A stretch of 64,000 bases of DNA. It comes from Moniliella sp. 'wahieum' (taxonomy: Eukaryota). Both the position numbers and the translations under genes were made by a program. The DNA lies in the NCBI GenBank assembly GCA_003971905.1, contig RSEE01000025.1:682001-746000 (forward strand), written 5' to 3'. Shown here piece after piece: positions 39,406 through 49,138 of this stretch (its first letter is position 1; every line of letters begins with the position of its first letter). The notes beneath the pieces are model-generated. The model did no database searches, was not told where the DNA came from, and worked only from the letters and a program-made list of their open reading frames with translations.

Positions 39406-39738
39406 ATGGTACATCACCTCTCCCATCTTACATGCCTTTTGTTCCTCTCAGCAGGCTACCCGACTGACCTCCCTCTCCTCTTTCCCGATGTGGGGATGAT
39501 CTGCATGCAGGGCCTGTGCCAATCCAAGACCAAGAAGACCGACCCCTCGGGGCTGGCACGCACCGCCTCCTCCTACGAAGGTACCCACACTTCCAACCCA
39601 CTCCGCCACCCTGAGTCGGACGGGGCGCCCAAACCCAACCCCGCATCTGCCAGTGAGATGTACAAGGCCGACACGACCCGCAACGCATCAAGGCAGCCGA
39701 AAATAGCCATCGCAGCGCCTGAAGGGCCAAGCATGTGA
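39406..39738 (+). CDS. 76-aa microprotein with an N-terminal MGLCQSK acylation motif; intron 39409-39510
   Basis: TATAAA at 39301. ATG|GTACAT..CTGAC..CAG|GGC CTG TGC gives MGLCQSKTKKTD..., with the stop at 39736-39738. Confidence 0.65.
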   Translation: MVHHLSHLTCLLFLSAGYPTDLPLLFPDVGMICMQGLCQSKTKKTDPSGLARTASSYEGTHTSNPLRHPESDGAPKPNPASASEMYKADTTRNASRQPKIAIAAPEGPSM

Positions 39739-41956
39739 TGCATGGTCGGTTCTACAAGAACCCAAATCCTGCTCCTTTGGCTTGTGGGCTCGTTTCCCTG
39801 TTTTCCCGCCTTTCACCACTTTTCGGCCCGTTGGGGGTTCGGGTAGACCAGTTGAGTCACCCCCAGTCGGGATTTCTACGTCACACTATCGCTCTCTTTT
39901 TGTTTCCCCTCCTCGCCTTCGCACCTCCTGCACGCACGTTAATTTGTGCGTAGATGAAATGTGTATCGCCGTTTCTGTGGGAAGAGTCCCCTTCTATTCT
40001 TTGAAAACTGAACTCCACAATTATTCAAGCAGACGATCCAGGCAGCCTGAGGGGCTCGGGAAGCATCACAGTTGGTGGGTTGTGTTGTCCATGCAGTGTG
40101 CATGAAACTTGTCTTGGGGAGACGTTCCGATGGTTGGCCCAGGAAAAGACGTTCATAGTGTTGTGAAGATGAATTGGATGCGGATACGCCAAGCTTAGTG
40201 CGCTCTTGGGAGATTAACTCCCGGGCCACTGGAGGCACCCCGGTCATCCGTCACCACGTCCACCGAACAAAGGGATTGTCTCTTCTGCCATTTTTCAAGG
40301 GTTGCTGTTCAGAGGAACCCCACCGCCACACTATACTACCTCCCCCCTGCCCGAGAGCCTTGGTGTGCACACAACCTTAAGAATTGTGCCACACGAAAGC
40401 TCACATTATTTTTTACCTTGTCGATATCTCCGTTCGGGACCACCCCAGGCTCAATCACGAGCTCCCATGAGCCGGGTCCATGTCTACATCGTCCTCCAAT
40501 AACGGACTTTTGATACTTCGAACGCTAGGTCTTCCGTCATTATAATCACTTTTGGTGTTTGAGGGGGCAAATTCATGACAGTCTCGACCTGGGCAACCCA
40601 ACTATAACATTTCAAGGATGGGGCCAGTCGCAGTGCGATCCTCGATTCTCGCTCTCCATCCAATATCCACACCATCTCCCCGCCACCGCTGCGCAGCACC
40701 GGCTGCTTTCCAAAAAGAATGTTCAGCATGTGTGGCATCTTGCCCCAGGGCTTCCCACCCGTCCTCGTTTCTTCCCGTTCGTCGAGCGTCAAGCCCCAAC
40801 CCTCAGGGTCTCTCGCACTGTGTACGCGTGCGGCTATAGTAGCGCTGCGTAGTACTTATATGAAACCCTCTGTCAAAACTCGTATACGTATTAGCAGGTC
40901 ATCTCTTTGCATACCAACGTCAATCGTACAGGATGTCGGTAGCGCCGTACGGTGGAACAACTCAGCTGTAGTCCCCCTCCACGCACACAGTGCGGTGGTG
41001 GCTGATCGCAAGCTTTTCGCAAGAGGTGTCGTCCAACAGTAAGATATTCTCGGAAAGGGAAACACCATCAGTGGGCCACATACTAATGTGTCAGAGTATA
41101 GCGGCTATTAGTGACGGTCCAACAGCAAGGGGATTGATTGATCGGGGCCGCATCGATTTCATCTCTCCTTCTGTGTCACCACTGCGAGGGAACAAGGAAA
41201 AAAAGCGAAGCGCAGCACACGAGTTGCTCCCCTCACATTCGGATCATCTTTTGCCCTACAGAGCTAAAGGCTTTCATGCAAACACACAGTTCCTGTCATG
41301 TACCGGAAGGTGATTCGCAGCATCATATTGTGGCGCTGGAAGTGTGGGTGAGCGATATTGTGTGGCGTGCTCTAAGTTGATGAGACAACTCCTCTTAGCC
41401 CTTGCCAGGTGAATCAGGTAAAGGATGTCAGCTCTTCTCTTTTGGAACAAAGAGAGTACACGACGCCTGTACTGTGCTGCAGATGATGTAGTTGCAGTGA
41501 GTGGCTCCAACGTGGACTACGCATCGCAGTATAGATTGAACGCCACGAAGGAGAGCGACTTAGAGCGCAGCAGAGCAATTGGTACCTATGACCCCCCTTC
41601 CCTATACCAGAATCTGTCGATCGATGCTGCAAGGTGTCAGTGGGTTGATGCAGAGCACTCGAGGTGCGTCGACAGAGCAGATCGCCCATGTGGAGATCGA
41701 CGCCAAAGTATGTGCTAGACTGTGAGCGGATCATTTCTTCGCAATGAAGCGCGCACACAAGGCTTGTGTTCTGTTTGAGCAATCTGTCCAACATGCTGAT
41801 CATCTCTTCGAAAGACCAACTGTATGTTCTATGTTCGACTCCAGGACGAGTATTTATACCAGGTCAATCTGACCTCTCTCATCAAATTTCTACCCCCACC
41901 CCCTGCACCACTCTCTTCCTCACCTCATTCCACCTCACCATATCTCTGTCCTCACC

Positions 41957-43142
41957 ATGCGCACTACCGCCTTCTTCACCGCTCTTGTGGCCCTTGCCAT
42001 GACTGCCCGTACGTATATTTGTCCACACACATCATACCAAACATGGACTCTTCCCGAACCCTCACTGACACACTGTATCCTCAGAGGCCATGCCGCCCAC
42101 CGTTCCCGGAACGAGCCTTGCGCCTCCCCTGAACCATTCCTCTCCTCCTCCGCATCACCCTCAGCACCGTGCTCTGGACGGGGACAACCAACCGAACAAG
42201 GTACCGGTTCATTTCCCCGCGCACAAGCCGGGGCCTAAGCGAGGCCAGGCCCACCCCCCTCCGCCTCCTGCCAAGTCTGGTGGCCCGCACCCGGAGAAAG
42301 GCCACGGTCAGGGGCCTGTGTCCAAGCGCGAAGAGGACCACCCTGCGCCTCCCAAGTCTGGTCTCCCGCCCAAGTCTATCCCGCCCCCCAGGATGGACAT
42401 GGCGAACCGCCTGCGTCCAAGCGCGAAGAGGGCCACCGTGCGCCTCCCAAGTCGGGTCTCCCGCCCAAGTCGAGCCCTCCTCCGGCTCCCAAGGGCAGCC
42501 AGCCCCCCGAGCATGGGCATGTCGAACAGCCTGCGTCCAAGCGCGAAGAGGACCACCATGCTCCTCCCAAATCGGGTCTCCCGCCCAAGTCGAGCCCTCC
42601 TCCGGCTCCCAAGGGCAGCCAGCCCCCCGAGCATGGGCATGTCGAACAGCCTGCGTCCAAGCGCGAAGAGGACCACCATGCTCCTCCCAAATCGGGTCTC
42701 CCGCCCAAGTCGAGCCCTCCTCCGGCTCCCAAGGGCAGCCAGCCCCCGAGCATGGGCATGTCGAACAGCCTGCGTCCAAGCGCGAAGAGGACCACCATGC
42801 TCCTCCCAAGTCGGGTCTCCCGCCCAAGTCGAGCCCTCCTCCGGCTCCCAAGGGCAGCCAGCCCCCGAGCATGGGCATGTCGAACAGCCTGCGTCCAAGC
42901 GCGAAGAGGGCCACCGTGCGCCTCCCAAGTCGGGTCTCCCGCCCAAGTCGAGCCCTCCTCCGGCTCCCAAGGGCAGCCAGCCCCCCAAGCATGGGCATGG
43001 CGAACAGCCTGTGTCCAAGCGCGACGAGGACCAGCGTGCTCCGCCGCCCAAATCGAGTCTTCCGCCTCAGGCGAGCGTCCCCTTCGACGACAAACCGGCT
43101 CCCCAGCAGCCTAAGAAGAATTCGTCGCACGCTGCAGCTTAG
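41957..43142 (+). CDS. Secreted Kex2-processed repeat protein (40-aa His/Pro-rich units); intron 42009-42084
   Basis: Spliced signal peptide MRTTAFFTALVALAMTAQA. 120-nt tandem units encode KREEDHHAPPKSGLPPKSSPPPAPKGSQPPEHGHVEQPAS. TATTTATA at 41851. Confidence 0.85.
42320..43060 (+). repeat. 120-bp tandem repeat (5 near-identical full units plus degenerate flanking units)
   Basis: The lines beginning at 42541 and 42661 are identical. Some units are 119 nt through loss of one C in a C-run. Confidence 0.95.
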
Positions 43143-44307
43143 TCAGGCACAAGCGAAACACGGCTTAACAGATTGGATCAATGGATCTAACCCAACCCGA
43201 CGTTGAAGGAGTTTCTTCTCTTCTGCAAGGCAACTCTCATTTCTGTGCCCGCGCAAGAGGGGTGGGCAACTATTAAATGGACCCTCTCTACTTTTTTTCT
43301 ACTGCGTTTTTCCCGCGGGGAGCAGGCTCCCCTCTTCTACTTTTTCTTTTTGCGTCCTCTTCAATCAGATTATATGAACGAGGATAAATGATATAGAATG
43401 CGAAGAGTGCGATCGGGCCTACAGGCTTGACCTGGGTCCAATTTGTATAGAAGGACGCCTGTCCAGAGTGTGGTACGAGAATATCCAACTCGGATTGAGT
43501 ATGCCTATTCTGTTGTTCTTCCCGTGCTTCCTTGGGTATCTGTGGTGCGGAAGCAGAAGGGTTAGGCATGCAACCTCCCATTGATTGACCGAGTATAGAT
43601 GACGGTCGTCCAGGGACAGGCGCCGTGCCAGCGCGAGAGAGGATGTTCCGGCGCTCAGCCACTCAGGCTAGCCTCCGCGGACTGGGGCGTAGAGCGGGCC
43701 GGGGACGGCAGTGTGGCCCTGTGCAGCGTGGATCTGATGGCCCCAAGAGGCAATCGCTTGGCACGCCAGGGTGCAGCTCGCACAGCCGCCCCGCACGGCA
43801 GTGCTCAGCGCAGCAGACAGGGGCGTGGTGCTCGCATTCGCCCCTAGCACGGCGGGGGTGCTCTCCAATGCAGCACTGGGGCAGCGCGGCGCCGCCACGC
43901 GAGGGTGCGCTATGCTGTGCCTGCCGAGGCGGCTGGTGCCTGCCAGCGCTTGCGGGCGACAGGAGAGTGGGCTGGTGGGGACGCGGCGAGCGGCGAGGCT
44001 GCGCCAAGACGCGCGTGGTGCTGCTCTTGGCTGGTGGCGGTGGCGCGGCAGGAGCCAGCAGGCACCAGCGCAGCGCAGTGCCCAACACTGCTCTCAGTCT
44101 GAGATGAGATGATCCATGTATAGCTTGTAGCATAGCAGGCCGGGCAGCCCGGCACCCAGTAGCATCCCACCCCAGTCTCTACGCGCGCTTCCATCTCCCG
44201 CACATCCACCTCTCTCCTTCTGTCCCCAACCCCAACCCCAACCCCATCCCCCCCCACCCTCCTTCGCATCCGCCCCCACACTCCTTAGCCCCCCCACCCC
44301 TTCCGCC

Positions 44308-45547
44308 ATGGCGCTGCGCCTCTCCCTCGTCAGCGTCCTCGCGCTCTTTGCCGCCCTCCTGGCCCTTGTGGCCGCACCCGCTTCCGCCTTCAGGCTAGGT
44401 TTGCCCTGGGGCGCCAACAATGCCTGGGCCCACGAGCTGACATCCAACAGCCACATTGGGCTCTACCACACCTGGCAAGGCCGCCACATCTCCAGCATCT
44501 CCAAAGCCGGTGTGCAGTGGGTCCCAACCCGCTGGGGCAACAAGAAGGGCAAGAACTGGAAGTCCATCAAGAAGCTCTTCCCCAAGTACCGCTACCCTTA
44601 CGTCCTTGCCTACAACGAGCCTGACATCGCCACCCAGTCCGACTACACTCCCAAGCAGGCCGCGGTTGCTTTCCAAAAGGAACTGGCGCCCCTGCGTCAA
44701 TACGGGACCAAGATCTCCTCCCTCAGATTTGCTATGATGTTGACTGGCTCGGAAAGTTCACCAAGCAGCTCAAGAAGCGTGGCGGGCACTACGACTTATT
44801 GCTGCCCACTGTATGTTGTCCCTCTCGCTTTTGTTCTCCCCTCCGTCTTATATATGCGCTGCTACCTTGTGGACACTGACGTTTTTCCTGCTAGACTATG
44901 GTTCGTGGAAGTCGATTTCCAAGCTGCGCAAATACGTCAAGAAGATCCACAACAAGTACCCGTCCAAAGACATCTTCATCACCGAGTACGGCGTCACATC
45001 GTCCTCCAACCCCTCGGCCGCCCAAGCCAAGCAGTTCATGGTGGACGCGACCAATTTCTTTGCCTCCACGGGCTACGTCAAGGCCGCCTTCCCCTTTGGC
45101 ATGTTCTCTACGCCCCCGGACAATTTTGGTTCACGCCAAAACGCAGCGTTCCAATCGGGTGGCAGCTTGCGCAGCGTAGGTAAGTACTGGAAACATTACA
45201 GCAACTCTCGTCGCTCGATCGAATCGGGTGCGCTGTCCGGGAGCATGCTGCGTCGCCATGAGCGGATGCTCAAGCGTCTGGAGCAGCCCGACCCCAATGA
45301 CGAGGAATTGTGGGACAACTATACCAACCAGACCGATTGCGATGAGATTTGCCAGAAGCGCGATGAGTGGCTGGCTAAGCTCAGTGACGACCCGGAGGAG
45401 GACGACGTTGAGGACGACGCGGAGGACGATGACGATGACGATGATGATGACAATGTCGGTATTGACATTGACAGTTTCACTGAAGAGGACGCCAATGCTT
45501 GGCCTACCGAGGAGGATGAGGCTGAAGAGGACGAGGACGACGAGTGA
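44308..45547 (+). CDS. Secreted GH128 (Asl1-like) beta-1,3-glucanase with an acidic tail; intron 44811-44894
   Basis: Signal peptide, LYHTW, QWVPT.WG, catalytic LAYNEPD and IFITEYG, H|YYG, and a D/E-rich C-terminus. Confidence 0.87.
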
Positions 45548-46482
45548 GTCCACCTGGTTGTCTCCCCACCTCCTCCCAGCCATTGAGTGGCTGGAGGATA
45601 CGGTATCCTATTTCGCCTCAGACTTGTGCACCTTTGGTCCGTCCTTGGCATCTTCCTATTATACCATTTGGGGTTTACATTCATTTTCTTTCCCTTTCCG
45701 ATCACCTGATCACACCCCGCTCTTGTCCCACCTTCCTGCCAACGGGCTGTTGCATCCCCATTTCTTTGTTCCCCGACACGAAGCTAGACTTCTGTACCGG
45801 ATTGTCTTGAACTCTCGGAAACTGCTTCCGCACATGGCCACCTCTGGGTAGGTTGCCATCAAAGTAACGTTGTTGTTCACGCACCGTCAACGTTCCCGCG
45901 CTTCCACGTTCACGGTTTTTTCTTTTTTGTTTCGCTCGCGGCCCTTTCCTTTTGTTTCTCCTTTTGCGTTGCCTTTTTTCCCGTTTTCCTGTCCATCGTT
46001 ACTTAATGGTTGTTTCTTTGCATCTCTTGTCTAGCGAATCACGTATCACGAAGAGAACAACAGGAAATGTCACTAGTATAGAGAGATGAGCCAAGGTTGG
46101 TTTGACGGTGCCTCTGCGTGGCAGCGGCGTAATCTGTTCTACAACACCATTTGGGCGCCAGCCGCGCTAGTGACCACAAAGAGAGAAGGTGGATCTGCCA
46201 GACGTGCAAAATGTGTGGCAAGACTATTGCCACTGTTATGGGGCGCGGGAAACCGAAACACTGAGTGGCTGTCAATCTGGAGCGGGGAGGTGGAAAGCTG
46301 AGAGGTGGAAAGCCGAGAGGGAAAAGGCGGAAAGCAGACGTGGCAACTCACAGGAGAGGAGGAGCTGCCTCTACTGTATGGACTGATGACGATGGAGACG
46401 CCAATAGATTGCGTCAACAGGCGAGCTCGACGAGAGATGTCCGCGATCCACATCATGCATCAACCCCCATGATGCATGATGT

Positions 46483-47541
46483 ATGACCCCTGCAACCCTA
46501 ATGCGCCGCACGCCATACGCGTCGTGGTCCGGTCCGGCCCCCGTCCGACGCTCTCTCCGACGCTCCCTCCGACAACGATGTGGTCAGGAGTGGTTCCACT
46601 CGCCTGGCACCCCAACAACCCCTCGTCCCGCTCCGTCTGTTGAGCCCGCTCCCTTGGCCCCTACGCTGCCTGCCACCGAGCTGACTGGCCTGGAGCTCGA
46701 GGCAGCTCAGCGCCGGGTCGACGAGGCCTGCAGATTGCGCCAGCTTCTGTTGACGGAGGCCCAGGAAAATCAGGCCTATCTTGCTGCTCAGGAGGACCAG
46801 CACCGTGCTTTCGAGGTGGAGCAAGAGGCGAAGCGCCGCGACTCCCGCCTTCACCCGGTTGGCCGCCTCGGTACGGGAGTTTCAGACTGGTATCGTGTGC
46901 TCGGCCCCACCCCCTCTCCCGCCGCCGGTCTTCTGTTGATCAGACCGCCATCCCATACAAGGCGCCTGAAGAGCCGAAGATGTTCGAGCCCGCTTGTTTC
47001 CCCCCTCGTCCGGTGCGAACCCCCACTCTCGTAACCGGGTCCAGGCCCATCCAGCACGTTATCACCTCCTTCGAGATTTACGCGCGCGCCGCCCTCACCC
47101 TTGGATGCAGCGGCGTGGATCGACGGCTTTATGGGCCTGCTGAAGTCGGAGGCCCTCACTTGGGTGGAGCAGTTCGGTTCGGAGGTGGTTCTTCCTTTGG
47201 AGGTGCGCATCACGCCCGCCTTCAGCTTTGGCCTGCGTTTCGTGCCGCTTCCTGCAGCAGGGGCGAGCGCAACCTGGCGCAGAAGAGCTTTGAGGAGTTT
47301 CGTCGTCTCCGGCATACGGGACCTGCGGCGGACTCGGGTGCGTGATGCAATCGTCTCCCGCCACGAGCCGGATCACTTGGAGCGAATCAGTTTCGAAGAC
47401 CTGCGCACAGCGGCCTTTGACTTGGACCAATCCCACTCGCTGGACGCGCATCGTACGCAGTTTCTCTGGCATCTGGGTAGCAATCATTGGTTTCAGTCCT
47501 CAGACATCAGACTTCATTCATCGCCCGAGGCCGAGCGATAG
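46483..47541 (+). mobile_element. Solitary LTR-retrotransposon Gag (capsid)-like ORF, frameshifted; no pol seen
   Basis: Coiled coil, then KAPEEPKMFEP, GLLKSEALTWVEQF, WPAFRAA and LAQKSFEEFRRLRHTG. This order resembles the Retrotrans_gag pattern. Recognised by eye only. Confidence 0.45.
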
Positions 47542-47961
47542 AAGGTGAAAAAGACGCCAATGGATCGTGGGGGAGTAGAAGAGGGTGGAGATGATTGATG
47601 ATCGGCCCTGGGTTCGTTGATGGATCCTAAGATCTAAGAGGATCCTCCGCCCTCTTAAAAAGATCAACGTTCAACCTACCCAACACCTACCTCTATAACC
47701 GGTAACCTCACCTCAGCCTCACATGTCACATGCCACACCTGCCACTCGATCCTTGTCAACGCGTCAACGCCACCTGGCCTCTGCTTGTGGCTATATCACC
47801 CCCCGCTTTGCGCACGGTTGGTGCTCGAGGGTACTAGAGTTCCCCTGCACGGCCCTCAGTATCTCAGTCCCTCAGTTGATCGGCGGTGCTCGCCTAGCCG
47901 GGCGGAAGAGTTTCATTCGCAGGGAGAGGGAGATGGTCTCCTGTCTCCTGCCCTTCCGACG

Positions 47962-48360
47962 TTAGGCCTTAGGCCTTAGGACTGGAGCTTTACCGTGACG
48001 CGTGACACTCGTGAAGCTTGAAGCTTGAAGCTTGAAGTCAAGCTTGAAGTCAAGCTTGAAGCTTTGAAGCCTTGTCTGAAGGCTGCTTTGCAGCTGATCG
48101 CGTTGATCAGCTGATCCCATAGAATCATGTCACACATGCCACACATGCCACATGCCACATGTCACGCCAGTCATATACTTGTCATCGACCTGTCACATGC
48201 CATCATGCATCATGATGCATGATACATGGTGCATGCTGGATTTGATGGCCTGATATGGCTGGTCTCAAGGCTTGAAAGCACACAGGCGCAGTCGTCCCTC
48301 AGGTCCTCAGGCCCTCAAGCTTCAAGCTTCAAGCTTCAAGAGCTTCAAGCTTCATGCTTC
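47962..48360. repeat. Compound heptamer array (AGGCCTT, AAGCTTG, CACATGC, ATGCATC, AAGCTTC)
   Basis: Successive 7-bp-period tracts read directly from the sequence. Confidence 0.85.
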
Positions 48361-49138
48361 GGGGTCCGACTCAGTTTCCCATCGATCATCGACCACCTCT
48401 TTCCGCTGTGGCGGGCGCATTGGCTAACGCGCTAATAACGACACAATCACAAGAGCTGTTCTCCGTCTCCCTTCGTTCCTGTTTTCTTCTTCTCCCCTAC
48501 CTTACACTTCCTGCTTACTCTGGCTTTCCGGGAGCGAGCAATCGATAGCCCTCGCTCTCTGGCGAGTCGTCTACTCCCCATGTACATGCCTCGTGCATAT
48601 CTTCGCTGGCATCGAGAGCCAGAAGGATCATGCAAATGGAGGTGATCAATGCACGGCAACGCCTTCTACGACCGTCTCCCGATATCCGTTCGATAACACG
48701 ATAACGCAATGAATTCGATAACGCGATAACACGCAACGCCGCACTCCAAAAACGGCGGAATGGGGACGGGCGGAATTGAGAAGCTCTTGCCATGTGGGGG
48801 CGCTCTGGGACGCCCAGACTGGTGTCGTGCTTGTGTTGGACGAGCCGGCGCTGGCTGGCGGCAGACAGCACCAGGCAAGTGTGCGCGTTCTTTTAGCCCA
48901 CCCCGTCGTGGCGGCACCACCAAACCTACTCAGCTGAGGCACCACGCCAGCCGGGTGCGGCAAGCCGCCTCCAATTCACAATTCTGGTGAGGCATCACGC
49001 GTCACGCACCTCGCCACTGTGCTTTATTAAGGACGCCCTGTGCCGACCCCGCTTCGACGGACCCACCACCACTGCTGCCATTCATCGCACCGCCATCGAC
49101 GCCCCGCATCTACACGCTACCTCCTCTGGTAGACGAAG

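Noticed and set aside
40484..41803. Short ORFs upstream of the repeat precursor as RiPP tailoring enzymes
   Set aside because: No HxxHC (DUF3328) or other enzyme motif is recognisable.
42320..43060. CRISPR-like array
   Set aside because: Eukaryotic context. The units are contiguous without unique spacers and encode protein.
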